A stretch of DNA of 63,453 nucleotides from a virus (taxonomy: Duplodnaviria > Caudoviricetes), in IMG/VR virus record IMGVR_UViG_3300046028_006969, positions 1 through 63,453 of that record; one strand, 5' to 3'. Positions within the stretch are counted from its first letter, which is position 1. Every line of letters starts with the position of its first letter. A model generated the notes under the pieces. That model was not told the origin of the DNA, made no database searches, and was given only the letters and a program-made list of their open reading frames with translations. The translations under genes were made by a program, and so were the position numbers. Of this stretch, positions 1-9,631 are shown one piece after another.

Positions 1-796
1 TGCAACATATGTTGCGGCTTTGGTAAAGGGTGAAAACCCTGAAGTTAAGGTTAACGCATCTGTGGCATTCCCATATGATGTGTTGAAGGGACGTATCTCC
101 AATTATGGAGTTACATTCAACAAGACCGAATTGGACTTGATTGAAGCACAATGGAATGCATTGCCTAACTATGTTGGGGATGCAAACATTCTGCCTCTGG
201 TTGACGTATCTGGTTCTATGACCTGCACCGCAAGTAAGACCGGTAAGTTGACTTGTTTGGAAGTTGCAGTCTCTTTGGGATTGTATCTTGCTGATAAGAA
301 CAGGGGTGCGTTCAAGGACACATTCTTGACCTTCTCCGGCAATCCAGAATTGTTGCACCTAAAGGGTGGTATCAATTCTAAGATTGACCAAATGGTTAAG
401 TCCAGCTGGGATATGAACACTGACCTGAACAAGGCCTTTGCAAAAATCCTAGATGTTGCTGTAAAAGGCAATGTAACACAAGAAGAAATGCCAGCAATGG
501 TGTTGATTCTGTCAGACATGCAATTTGATGCCTGCATCAAGCATGATGATTCTGCAATCGAAATGATTGCACGTATGTACGAAGCCTCAGGATACACTTT
601 GCCAAAGGTTGTATTCTGGAACTTGAATGCTTCATATGGCAATGCGCCTGTGAAGTTTGACAAGTCAGGTACTGCACTGGTGTCTGGTTTCTCTCCAGCC
701 GTGGTTAAGCCACTGCTTGCGGGTGACCTAGAAAACTTCACACCAGAATCCGTGATGTTGAAGACCATCATGGACGACCGTTACAAAGTGCTGTAA
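1..796 (+). CDS. DUF2828/Ro60(TROVE)-like vWA-domain protein, 5' truncated by the window edge
   Basis: Frame open from base 2; MIDAS-type DVSGSM, LILSDMQFD, VVFWNL and ALVSGFSP motifs typical of DUF2828. Confidence 0.75.
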   Translation, partial: ATYVAALVKGENPEVKVNASVAFPYDVLKGRISNYGVTFNKTELDLIEAQWNALPNYVGDANILPLVDVSGSMTCTASKTGKLTCLEVAVSLGLYLADKNRGAFKDTFLTFSGNPELLHLKGGINSKIDQMVKSSWDMNTDLNKAFAKILDVAVKGNVTQEEMPAMVLILSDMQFDACIKHDDSAIEMIARMYEASGYTLPKVVFWNLNASYGNAPVKFDKSGTALVSGFSPAVVKPLLAGDLENFTPESVMLKTIMDDRYKVL

Positions 797-802
797 CGCA
801 GT

Positions 803-825
803 GGGCACCGAAAGGTGTCCATTTT
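803..825 (+). terminator. GNRA-loop hairpin, putative intrinsic terminator or processing signal
   Basis: GGGCACC-GAAA-GGTGTCC followed by ATTTT, just after the stop codon at 796. Confidence 0.5.
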
Positions 826-901
826 GAAATACATTGCTGAAGTTGGTTCGGTTTGACAGGGAGATCCAATTGCCTATGTCGTTAGTGTATTTCAAAATGG
901 A
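818..901 (+). ncRNA. candidate structured small RNA with a long terminal stem
   Basis: Perfect 16-bp inverted repeat TCCATTTTGAAATACA (818-833) / TGTATTTCAAAATGGA (886-901), between the vWA gene and tRNA-Leu. Confidence 0.4.
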
Positions 902-904
902 TTT

Positions 905-989
905 GCGAGTGTGGCGTAATGGTAGCCGCATCAGACTTAAAATCTGAGGTCGTAATGGCGTGCCGGTTCGAGTCCGGCCACTCGCACCA
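905..989 (+). tRNA. tRNA-Leu(TAA)
   Basis: Acceptor GCGAGTG/CACTCGC, anticodon arm TCAGA-CTTAAAA-TCTGA, long variable arm, GGTTCGAGTCC T-arm, encoded CCA. Confidence 0.95.
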
Positions 990-1008
990 AAAGTTGTATA
1001 TATATTAT

Positions 1009-1084
1009 AGCAGAGTATGGAAGTGGTTATCCGTCTGGCCTCATAAGCCTGAAATCGCTGGTTCGAATCCAGCCTCTGCATCCA
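1009..1084 (+). tRNA. tRNA-Met(CAT), possibly initiator-type or Ile2
   Basis: Acceptor AGCAGAG/CTCTGCA with 1:72 mismatch, anticodon loop CTCATAA, GGTTCGAATCC, encoded CCA. Confidence 0.9.
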
Positions 1085-1088
1085 TCTT

Positions 1089-1162
1089 GCGGGATTAGTT
1101 TAATGGTAAAATTAGAGATTTCCAATCTCCAGTCATCAGTTCGATTCTGATATCCCGCTCCA
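1089..1162 (+). tRNA. tRNA-Gly(TCC)
   Basis: Acceptor GCGGGAT/ATCCCGC, anticodon loop TTTCCAA, AGTTCGATTCT T-arm, TCCA end. Confidence 0.93.
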
Positions 1163-1178
1163 CTAAAGTGTTTAACCA

Positions 1179-1186
1179 TATAAATA
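1179..1186 (+). promoter_or_regulatory. T4-type late promoter TATAAATA
   Basis: Exact gp55 consensus upstream of the small ORF at 1191. Confidence 0.55.
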
Positions 1187-1190
1187 ATGG

Positions 1191-1310
1191 ATGCACTTTA
1201 ACATAATCATTACATTTAACGACTTATTGTTTTTACTGGGGTGTATACCTCTAGTAATGATATTTTGGGTAATGTTTAAAGACTGGTCAAACGACCGAAA
1301 TAGATACTAA
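1191..1310 (+). CDS. 39-aa single-pass membrane protein (not in ORF track)
   Basis: MHFNIIITFNDLLFLLGCIPLVMIFWVMFKDWSNDRNRY, downstream of a late promoter. Confidence 0.45.
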   Translation: MHFNIIITFNDLLFLLGCIPLVMIFWVMFKDWSNDRNRY

Positions 1311-1921
1311 CCACCTGACGTTACAGCCTTTGCCAATTCATTTTTCTGCTCTCGTTCTCTGTCGTCCTGTTGCTGTCTAAGGATTTTTTGGCGCGCCACA
1401 ACCTTTGCCTCATACGCTTTTTGTTCTTCAGCCATACTATAAAACTGAACACCCATCATAATAAATGCAGTAATAATAGTGCCGCCGGCCAATACATATA
1501 AAGACAGCATTCCGTATTGTGCCATCTTTTCTTTATGTGCTTGTTTGGCTTTTGCTAGTGCTTCTTCACCTTCACGTTTTTCTTGTAATAATCTAGTACG
1601 TTCAGCAATCATCTCCTGCCAAATTTGAGGTTTGCCAAGTTGCCAGTATATCATGTCTTTGAGTGCTCGTTCATCTTCACGCAATTGATTACTACGCATA
1701 GCAAACTCAAGTGCTTGGCGTCCTATTTCAGCATCTGATTTATTTAATGCGCCATGTTTGGCTTTGATACTAGCCATATGAACTTGGTCAGCGGCTTCAA
1801 AGAAATGTCCCACCTGGCCAATAATGCTGTTAACATCTTTGCCCATAGCAATGGCTTGTTTGATGCCACTAATTGCTGATTGTGCAGCAGTGAACGCTAG
1901 ACCAATAGTGATTGGATCCAT
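1307..1921 (-). CDS. hypothetical coiled-coil membrane protein
   Basis: 204-aa ORF with an MDPITIGLA start, one TM helix and coiled coils. Confidence 0.75.
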   Translation of the reverse strand: MDPITIGLAFTAAQSAISGIKQAIAMGKDVNSIIGQVGHFFEAADQVHMASIKAKHGALNKSDAEIGRQALEFAMRSNQLREDERALKDMIYWQLGKPQIWQEMIAERTRLLQEKREGEEALAKAKQAHKEKMAQYGMLSLYVLAGGTIITAFIMMGVQFYSMAEEQKAYEAKVVARQKILRQQQDDREREQKNELAKAVTSGG

Positions 1922-1924
1922 TAT

Positions 1925-2194
1925 TTACCCACCCCTCTTACATATTTCTGGATACAATCTATTAGAGCAATCTTTTTTTGCCCATTCAACACAATCGACT
2001 TTACCCTCTTGCGGTGTATTTGACCATTTCCATCGTATGCAAATTAATACTTCATCTTTTTTCAAAGTGTTGTAAAGTAATATATTTTGATCCGCCTCTA
2101 TTGAGCTACATAGAATGATCGATGTTAGAATGGCCACAAAAATAATTTTAAACATTTCGATAAGTATACCAATAAATTGTTGACAACAGAACAA
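1925..2194 (-). CDS. small secreted Cys-containing protein (true start probably the internal MFKII)
   Basis: Signal-like hydrophobic segment and four Cys in the mature part; co-oriented with 1307..1921. Confidence 0.55.
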   Translation of the reverse strand: MFCCQQFIGILIEMFKIIFVAILTSIILCSSIEADQNILLYNTLKKDEVLICIRWKWSNTPQEGKVDCVEWAKKDCSNRLYPEICKRGG

Positions 2195-2208
2195 AAAAAT
2201 GATATACT
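2180..2208 (+). promoter_or_regulatory. sigma70-type promoter for the replication operon
   Basis: TTGACA-17-TATACT with extended -10 TG. Confidence 0.7.
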
Positions 2209-2227
2209 AACGCATCAAATCAACCAA

Positions 2228-2235
2228 TATTTATA
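2228..2235 (-). promoter_or_regulatory. T4-type late promoter (minus strand)
   Basis: TATTTATA = reverse complement of TATAAATA, upstream of the two minus-strand genes. Confidence 0.6.
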
Positions 2236-2245
2236 AGGAAGTGTC

Positions 2246-2554
2246 ATGGTAATTATTGTTTTAAAATTAATCACAGGCGAAGAAGTTCTTGGAGAAGTAC
2301 AATCCCAAAGTGAAACTGAATGGGTTTTGGAAAATCCTGTAGGTATTGCAGTTGTTCGTGGCCAAAATGGCCAACCTAATGTTGGATTTGCACCTTTTCC
2401 AATCCATGCACCACAAAAACCAGGAAGTGTTGTTGCTTTGGCAAAGAAACATGTGATATACTCTTACGTTCCTGCCGAGGATTTCATTACGAATTATAAT
2501 CAAATCTTTGGTTCTGGTATTGTTCTTCCACCATCAAAACAACTTATCGTTTAA
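2246..2554 (+). CDS. conserved T4-like hypothetical protein (Sm-like fold)
   Basis: LKLITGEEVLGEV start and YNQIFGSGIV end; RBS AAGGAAG; overlaps the gp43 start. Confidence 0.75.
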   Translation: MVIIVLKLITGEEVLGEVQSQSETEWVLENPVGIAVVRGQNGQPNVGFAPFPIHAPQKPGSVVALAKKHVIYSYVPAEDFITNYNQIFGSGIVLPPSKQLIV

Positions 2555-5097
2555 TGCAATTTTATACTAATGTACAATGTTTCGGTAATAGTATTCTATA
2601 CCGAGGCGTAATGGATGGCAAAAGAGTTAAACAAAGAATTGACTATTCACCATCACTTTATATTCGCAGTAAAACTGGCCAGTATAAAACACTTGACGGT
2701 AAAACATTAGAACGTAAACGTTTCGATGACATTAGTGGTGCCCGTGAATACATCAAAGGTTTTAAAGATGTGTCCGGCGCACCTAAAATCTATGGAAACA
2801 ATCGTTATGAGTACGCCTTTATCGGTGAACAGCATAAAGATATGGTCGACTGGGACCAAGATAAAATCGTTATTGGAGTGGTTGATATTGAGGTTGGTTC
2901 AGAGAATGGTTTCCCTGATCCATATCTTGCGAATGAACCTATTACTGCCATCTGTTTGAAATATATTAATGGCCTGACAGTCGTTTTTGGCTGCGGTGAT
3001 TATGTTGTCCAAGGCAACGAAGTCTATATTAAGTGTAAAGATGAATGGACACTTTGCAAAAGATTTCTAAAACAATGGACTAATAATTGTCCTGATGTGT
3101 TGACTGGTTGGAACACCAAGTTTTTCGATATTCCTTATTTGATTAATCGTTTTCGTAAAATTGTTGGTGAAGAAGAAACTAAACTTTTATCGCCTTGGAA
3201 ATATATCACTGAACGTAAGACTATCATCAATGGTCGACCAATGACGGCATATGATATTGTTGGTGTTGCTTCACTTGACTATATTGAACTGTATCGTTGG
3301 TATGCTCCTAATGGTAAGTCACAGGAATCATATCGTTTGGATGCAATTGCGACTGCTGAGGTTGGTGAGACTAAACTATCATATGATGAATACGATAATC
3401 TGCATGAATTGTATCGTTTGAATTATCAAAAGTTTATTGAGTATAACATTAAAGACGTTGAGCTGATTATTAAACTGGAAGAAAAACTAAAACTATTGGA
3501 ATTGGGTTTAACTCTTGCATACGATACCAAGTGTAACTATGAAGATATATTTGCACAGACACGCATGTGGGATGCACTCACTTACAATCGTTTGATGCAA
3601 GATAAGATTGTTGTTCCTCCAAAAGAAACACAAGAAAAAGATGGTATGTTTGCCGGCGCATATGTTAAAGACCCACAAGTTGGACTACATGAATGGCTTG
3701 CATCATTTGACTTGAATAGTTTGTATCCTCATTTGATGATGCAATATAATATCTCACCAGAGACTTTGATTGAACCAGAAGATTACACACAAGAAATGCG
3801 TGATGTTATTTCTTCTGGTATAAGTGTTGATAAATTACTCACTAAGTCAGTTAACTTGTCAAATTTGAGTGGTGTAACAATTACACCTAACGGCCAATTC
3901 TTTCGTACAGATATTCAAGGTTTCTTACCAAAGATGATGGATGAAATGTATCAAGACCGTAAAAAGTTTAAGAAGATGATGCTGAATGCAAAGCAGGACT
4001 ATGAAAATGAAAAAGATGATTCTAAAAAGTATGAGATTGAAAAACGAATTGCTAGACTCAATAATCTTCAGCTTGCAAAAAAGGTTTCTCTTAATTCTGC
4101 TTATGGTGCTTTAGGTTCTCAATATTTCAGATTCTATGACTTGCGTATGGCCTTGGGTGTTACCACTGCCGGTCAATTGTCAATCAAATGGATTGAAAAT
4201 AAGATTAACGGTTACATGAACAAGTTACTGTCGTCAGAAGAAAAAGATTATGTCATTGCTTCTGATACAGATTCAATTTATTTAAAACTTGGGCCTTTGG
4301 TCAACAAAGTGTATGGTGTTGATGGTGTAGTTTCTATGCCGAAGACTAAAGTGATTGACTTTATGGACAAAGTTTGTAAAGACAAGATTGAGCCATACAT
4401 TAACGAATCATACAATGAGTTGGCTGAGTATGTACATGCGTATGCACAGAAGATGCAAATGAAACGTGAAGCATTGGCTGACAAAGGTATTTGGACTGCC
4501 AAGAAGCGTTACATCATGAACGTGTATGACAATGAAGGTGTTCGTTACAATGAACCTGACTTGAAAGTTATGGGTCTTGAAATGATTAAATCTTCCACTC
4601 CCGCCGCAGTTCGTAGTAAGATGAAAGAATCAATTTTAATTATGATCGGCGGCACGGAATTAGACATGCATAAGTTTATTGCAGATTTTAGAAAATACTT
4701 TATTGGATTGCCACCCGAAGATATTTCTTTCCCTCGTGGAATTAATGGCCTAAGTAAGTATTCCGATAGTAATAGTTTATACAAATCTGGAACACCAATT
4801 CATGTTAAAGGTGCAATTCTCTACAATCATTATCTCAAAGAAATGAAGTTAACAAAGAAGTATCCTCTAATCCAAGAAGGTGAAAAGATTAAGTTCTCAT
4901 ATTTGATTATGCCAAACCCATTTAAAGATACCGTTATCTCTTATCCAACACGGCTGCCAAAAGAATTTAACATTTCAAAATATATCGACTATAATACACA
5001 ATTCGAAAAGACTTTTCTGGAACCCATTAAAGTTATTTTAGATTGTATGGGTTGGTCGACCGAAAAACAGACTACACTAGATGACTTTTTTAATTAA
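2554..5097 (+). CDS. gp43: DNA polymerase family B (T4 gp43-like)
   Basis: Exonuclease DIEV; FDLNSLYP, KVSLNSAYG, SDTDS and KKRY motifs; 847 aa. Confidence 0.98.
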   Translation: MQFYTNVQCFGNSILYRGVMDGKRVKQRIDYSPSLYIRSKTGQYKTLDGKTLERKRFDDISGAREYIKGFKDVSGAPKIYGNNRYEYAFIGEQHKDMVDWDQDKIVIGVVDIEVGSENGFPDPYLANEPITAICLKYINGLTVVFGCGDYVVQGNEVYIKCKDEWTLCKRFLKQWTNNCPDVLTGWNTKFFDIPYLINRFRKIVGEEETKLLSPWKYITERKTIINGRPMTAYDIVGVASLDYIELYRWYAPNGKSQESYRLDAIATAEVGETKLSYDEYDNLHELYRLNYQKFIEYNIKDVELIIKLEEKLKLLELGLTLAYDTKCNYEDIFAQTRMWDALTYNRLMQDKIVVPPKETQEKDGMFAGAYVKDPQVGLHEWLASFDLNSLYPHLMMQYNISPETLIEPEDYTQEMRDVISSGISVDKLLTKSVNLSNLSGVTITPNGQFFRTDIQGFLPKMMDEMYQDRKKFKKMMLNAKQDYENEKDDSKKYEIEKRIARLNNLQLAKKVSLNSAYGALGSQYFRFYDLRMALGVTTAGQLSIKWIENKINGYMNKLLSSEEKDYVIASDTDSIYLKLGPLVNKVYGVDGVVSMPKTKVIDFMDKVCKDKIEPYINESYNELAEYVHAYAQKMQMKREALADKGIWTAKKRYIMNVYDNEGVRYNEPDLKVMGLEMIKSSTPAAVRSKMKESILIMIGGTELDMHKFIADFRKYFIGLPPEDISFPRGINGLSKYSDSNSLYKSGTPIHVKGAILYNHYLKEMKLTKKYPLIQEGEKIKFSYLIMPNPFKDTVISYPTRLPKEFNISKYIDYNTQFEKTFLEPIKVILDCMGWSTEKQTTLDDFFN

Positions 5098-5105
5098 GGA
5101 ATAAA

Positions 5106-6140
5106 ATGAGTATATTAGACAAAATTAAAAAGAACAGCAGTATCAAAGATTCTGCAATTCTATCCAAATCAAAATTCTTTACAAATAAAGATATGATTCC
5201 AACAGCCGTGCCGATTATCAATGTTGCTTTGTCAGGAAAACTTGATGGTGGTTTAACTCCCGGACTCACAATGTGGGCAGGTCCATCAAAACACTTCAAG
5301 ACTGCTTTTTCACTATTGATGGCTAAATCTTATATGGACAAATATGAAGATGCTGCACTCTTGTTTTATGATTCTGAGTTTGGTACTCCACAGTCTTATT
5401 TCGATTCATTTGGTATTGATACTGAACGGGTACTTCACACACCACTTACTGATATCGAACAGTTGAAGTTTGATATTATGAAACAGTTGACAGATTTGGA
5501 ACGTGGTGAACACCTCATCATTGTTATTGATTCGATTGGTAATTTGGCTTCAAAGAAAGAAGTTGAAGATGCTTTAGCAGAAAAATCTGTAGCTGATATG
5601 AGTCGAGCTAAACAAGTTAAATCTTTGTTTCGCATGGTTACACCACATTTGAATATTAAAGATATTCCAATGATTGTAGTCAATCACACATACAAAGAAA
5701 TTGGTATGTTCCCTAAGGACATTGTTGGTGGCGGCACAGGTTCATATTATTCTGCTGACAACATTTTCATCCTTGGCCGTCAACAAGAAAAAGAAGGCAC
5801 CGAGATTGTCGGTTACAATTTTATTATCAATGTAGAAAAATCCCGTTATGTTAAAGAGAAATCTAAAATTCCTGTCACTGTATCTTTTGACGGTGGTATT
5901 AGCAAGTGGTCTGGCTTACTTGACATTGCTGTTGAATCTAAGCACGTAGTAAAACCTAGCAATGGTTGGTATTCAAAAGTAAATCCGGAAACTGGTGAAG
6001 TTGAAGATAAAAAATATCGTATAAAAGATACAGATACAAAAGATTTTTGGACTTCTATTTTAGAAGATGAAACTTTTCTAAAATTTGTTGAAGAAAAATA
6101 TAGTGTTACTTCTGGTAATATTATGCAAGAATCAAAATGA
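5106..6140 (+). CDS. uvsX: UvsX RecA-like recombinase
   Basis: GPSKHFKT Walker A, YDSEFG, IDSIGNLAS and DMSRAK motifs. Confidence 0.96.
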   Translation: MSILDKIKKNSSIKDSAILSKSKFFTNKDMIPTAVPIINVALSGKLDGGLTPGLTMWAGPSKHFKTAFSLLMAKSYMDKYEDAALLFYDSEFGTPQSYFDSFGIDTERVLHTPLTDIEQLKFDIMKQLTDLERGEHLIIVIDSIGNLASKKEVEDALAEKSVADMSRAKQVKSLFRMVTPHLNIKDIPMIVVNHTYKEIGMFPKDIVGGGTGSYYSADNIFILGRQQEKEGTEIVGYNFIINVEKSRYVKEKSKIPVTVSFDGGISKWSGLLDIAVESKHVVKPSNGWYSKVNPETGEVEDKKYRIKDTDTKDFWTSILEDETFLKFVEEKYSVTSGNIMQESK

Positions 6141-6427
6141 TTGAAGGTATAGACTACTGTTTCATTTATCCTAAAGACGATAAAGAAACGGCACATATTA
6201 AGATTCTGGTGGGTGAATACAAGGATACCTTATTCAAATATGGTAAGGTATCTTTTAAAGAGTATGCCGATGGGCCCCATTTACTTTTTGCTTATTATGT
6301 GTTAGAATGTCCTGTAATGAAGCCGAAACTTCTGGAGAAGGATTCGGATTTTAAACAATATGCAGGCGATTTGTTGGTGGAATTAATGTCTGCCAATATA
6401 GATGAGGAAATAATTGATGCGACTTGA
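6137..6427 (+). CDS. hypothetical protein in the position of T4 gp40 (head vertex chaperone)
   Basis: 96-aa ORF between uvsX and the helicase; positional inference only. Confidence 0.55.
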   Translation: MIEGIDYCFIYPKDDKETAHIKILVGEYKDTLFKYGKVSFKEYADGPHLLFAYYVLECPVMKPKLLEKDSDFKQYAGDLLVELMSANIDEEIIDAT

Positions 6428-7808
6428 ACAAACAATTTTAAAGCACCTGATTTACTCGGACGAATTTCTTAGAAAAGTTCTTCCATTCTTAAAAGAAGAA
6501 TACTTTTCAGACAGAACAGAAAAAGCAATTTTTAATGAAATTACATCATTCACTAATTCTTACAATTCAACACCGACGATTGAAGCAATTATATTGGCCG
6601 TCAAAGAAAGGCGTGATATCACGGATGTTGAAGTTGAGAAATCAGAAACTTATCTTAAAGAGGTTGAACAATCTAAGTCAGAAATATCCCAGATTCAATG
6701 GCTTGTTGACAAGACCGAAAAATTCTGCCAAGAGAAAGCAATCTACAATGCAGTATTGGGGTCTATTTCTATACTCGATGGGAAAGACAAGACCAACGAT
6801 AAAGGTCAGATTCCCAAGATACTATCGGATGCCTTAGGAGTAAGTTTTGATACATCTGTTGGACACGATTATTTGGAGAATGCCGATGAAAGATATGAAT
6901 TCTATCATAGAAAAGAAGAACGAATTCCCTTTGACCTCGACTACTTCAACAAAATCACCAAGGGCGGCCTTCCTGCCAAAACACTTAATATCGCCTTGGC
7001 TGGTACTGGTGTTGGTAAGTCCCTTTTTATGTGTCATGTTGCTGCCGGTGCTATGTCTCAGGGTCGTAATGTATTGTATATCACAATGGAAATGGCTGAA
7101 GAAAAAATAGCAGAACGTATTGACGCAAATTTGTTGAATGTATCCTTAGACGATTTACAGGATCTTCCAAAAGAAATGTATGATAAGAAAGTTGCTAAGG
7201 TTAAATCTAAGACAACAGGCAAACTAATCATCAAAGAATATCCAACTGCATCAGCTTCTGCAACACACTTTAGAACACTATTGAATGAACTATATCTTAA
7301 AAAGTCTTTTAGGCCTGATATTATTTTTATTGATTATCTCAATATTTGTTGTTCTGCTAGAATCAAACCCGGAGCAAGTATTAATTCCTATACCTACGTC
7401 AAGTCAATCGCTGAAGAACTGCGAGGTCTTGCAGTTGAATTCGGAGTACCAGTTGTATCTGCGACACAAACAACAAGAAGTGGATTTACTTCTTCCGACC
7501 CAGGACTTGAAGATACAAGTGAATCTTTTGGTTTGCCAGCGACAGCTGATTTGATGTTTGCCTTGATTACTTCGGAAGAATTGGAAGAACTGGGCCAGAT
7601 TATGGTCAAACAATTGAAGAACAGATACAATGATCCTACATATTACAAACGATTCACTCTTGGTGTTGATAGAAGTAAAATGAGATTATATGATGTTGAA
7701 CAATCTGGCCAAGATGGATTGGCCGATTCTGGTCACGATAAACCAGTGAATACTTTTGGTGACAGAGAACAAAAGGCTAAAAAATCATTTGATGGTTTCA
7801 AAATATGA
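6417..7808 (+). CDS. gp41: replicative helicase (T4 gp41-like)
   Basis: AGTGVGKS Walker A, IFIDYLNIC, SESFGLPATAD and QLKNRY motifs. Confidence 0.97.
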   Translation: MRLEQTILKHLIYSDEFLRKVLPFLKEEYFSDRTEKAIFNEITSFTNSYNSTPTIEAIILAVKERRDITDVEVEKSETYLKEVEQSKSEISQIQWLVDKTEKFCQEKAIYNAVLGSISILDGKDKTNDKGQIPKILSDALGVSFDTSVGHDYLENADERYEFYHRKEERIPFDLDYFNKITKGGLPAKTLNIALAGTGVGKSLFMCHVAAGAMSQGRNVLYITMEMAEEKIAERIDANLLNVSLDDLQDLPKEMYDKKVAKVKSKTTGKLIIKEYPTASASATHFRTLLNELYLKKSFRPDIIFIDYLNICCSARIKPGASINSYTYVKSIAEELRGLAVEFGVPVVSATQTTRSGFTSSDPGLEDTSESFGLPATADLMFALITSEELEELGQIMVKQLKNRYNDPTYYKRFTLGVDRSKMRLYDVEQSGQDGLADSGHDKPVNTFGDREQKAKKSFDGFKI

Positions 7809-8911
7809 TGTTGTCTAAAGAGGATGCAATTCATTGTGCTAAAGTATTTGAAGATTACTTTGGTAACTTTGAACGCATCGATGATTATATGCGTGACCAG
7901 AAGTTGGCTTCGTTGTCTGAAATGTCAGCGAACCCATTATTCCCAATTGAAGAAGATTTGTTCTCCGATTTCTCAATGCATCCACGAGACATGGATATTG
8001 ATGTTATTGAATGCAATACCAACACATGGGAAACTCTACTGAACATCACATCTTCACATATTAATATTTCACCCGTAGGTCGCCAAATTCGTTTAGGTGT
8101 CAAAGAAAAAAACACAAATAAGTTTCTGGGTTTCATTCGTATTGGTTCTCCTGTTATTAATTGTAGACCACGTAATGAAATGCTTGGCCAGGTCTTTACA
8201 CAGAAACCAGAAACTGCCAAGGCATTCAACAACACCACAATGATGGGTTTTGTTATTGTACCAGCGCAACCTTTCGGTTTCAATTACTTGGGCGGAAAGT
8301 TACTTGCAGGTATCTGTTGTTCCCACCAAGTTAGGAAAATGATTAACAAGAAATATGATATGAACTTGTGTATGTTTGAAACCACAAGTCTCTATGGTTC
8401 ATCCAAATCGTCCTCACAGTATGATGGAATGAAGCCATATATAAGACATAAAGGTGAAACTGAAAGTGATTTTCTACCAATGATGCATGGAAAACCTTAT
8501 GAAGATTTACGTAATTTCGTTGAATCTAAAGTGGGTAAAATTGTTGAAGATGATATATCAAGCAAGAAGTTAAAAACAAGCATGAAAATTATTTCTCTGA
8601 CAAAAGCTGGTTTAAAAGGTACTAAAGAAATCATACGTTTCAATGAAGTGATTGAGAATGCAAAAAATTTGACAGAACAAAAAAGATACTACATATCTAA
8701 CTACGGTTTCAAAAACTTTATTGATGTTGTAAATGGGAAGACTGATGTTTTAGTTAAAGATGAAAACTATGACAAGTTTGAGCTTGAAAATATTATTGCA
8801 TGGTGGAAAAACAAAGCAACTAATCGTTATTTGACATTAAAAGATGAACATAGACTACGAACAGAACTTGAGGTATGGACTTCAGGAAAAGATATTGATA
8901 TTATGAGGTGA
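7805..8911 (+). CDS. DUF4338/DruA-like protein
   Basis: PFGFNYLGGKLLA and ETTSLYGSSKSSSQY resemble DUF4338 (Druantia DruA) motifs. Confidence 0.6.
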   Translation: MMLSKEDAIHCAKVFEDYFGNFERIDDYMRDQKLASLSEMSANPLFPIEEDLFSDFSMHPRDMDIDVIECNTNTWETLLNITSSHINISPVGRQIRLGVKEKNTNKFLGFIRIGSPVINCRPRNEMLGQVFTQKPETAKAFNNTTMMGFVIVPAQPFGFNYLGGKLLAGICCSHQVRKMINKKYDMNLCMFETTSLYGSSKSSSQYDGMKPYIRHKGETESDFLPMMHGKPYEDLRNFVESKVGKIVEDDISSKKLKTSMKIISLTKAGLKGTKEIIRFNEVIENAKNLTEQKRYYISNYGFKNFIDVVNGKTDVLVKDENYDKFELENIIAWWKNKATNRYLTLKDEHRLRTELEVWTSGKDIDIMR

Positions 8912-8914
8912 TGT

Positions 8915-9622
8915 ATGACAGCAACAGTGATTATACCAACAACAGGCGCACCTGAACTCCGTAAAGCACTTGAAAGTGTCCTAACACAAAAATATAACAC
9001 ACAATGTTATGTTGTATGTGATGGTGAACAACATGAAGGTAAAGTTAAAGTCATTACGGATGAGTTTCGCGGCAATCCAAATTTAAAAATAACAACCTTG
9101 CCTATTAATGTTGGTGCCAATGGTTTCTATGGCCATCGTGTCTATGCTGCATTCACACATTTAATTAATACTGATTATGTTCTATATCTTGACCAAGATT
9201 GTTGGTATGAACCTAATCATGTACAATCATGTGTGGAAAGAATTGAAAAAGACAATCTAGAATGGGTGTATTCATTGAGATTGATTACAGATAAACAAGG
9301 TAACTACATCTGTGAGGATAACTGTGAATCTTTAGGTAAGTGGCAAACTTATCATGGACTGAACCATATAGATACAAATAACTATTGCATTCCTACTAAA
9401 ATTGCGATAAGATTAGCATCTGCATGGCACGGAGGCTGGGGGCAAGATAGGGTTTGGTTTCAAACTTTGTCATCCTACTTTAAAAATTTTGAATGCACTG
9501 GTGAGTATACAGTTAACTATCGTGTTGATGGAAATGCTGGATCAGTCAATGCGGATTTCTTTAAGAATGGTAATAAAATAATGGCTGAAAAATATAATGG
9601 AAAATTTCCATGGAAAAAATAG
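8915..9622 (+). CDS. glycosyltransferase family 2
   Basis: ATVIIPT N-terminus, VVCDG, and DxD motif YLDQD. Confidence 0.85.
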   Translation: MTATVIIPTTGAPELRKALESVLTQKYNTQCYVVCDGEQHEGKVKVITDEFRGNPNLKITTLPINVGANGFYGHRVYAAFTHLINTDYVLYLDQDCWYEPNHVQSCVERIEKDNLEWVYSLRLITDKQGNYICEDNCESLGKWQTYHGLNHIDTNNYCIPTKIAIRLASAWHGGWGQDRVWFQTLSSYFKNFECTGEYTVNYRVDGNAGSVNADFFKNGNKIMAEKYNGKFPWKK

Positions 9623-9631
9623 GATATTAAT

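Noticed and set aside
728-1081. 117-aa minus-strand ORF
   Set aside because: It is the antisense of tRNA genes and is spurious.
2178-2188. TGTTG-A-CAACA palindrome over the -35 of the replication promoter as another regulon box
   Set aside because: It has the same half-sites but a 1-nt spacer instead of 8, occurs once, and could arise by chance from TTGACA.
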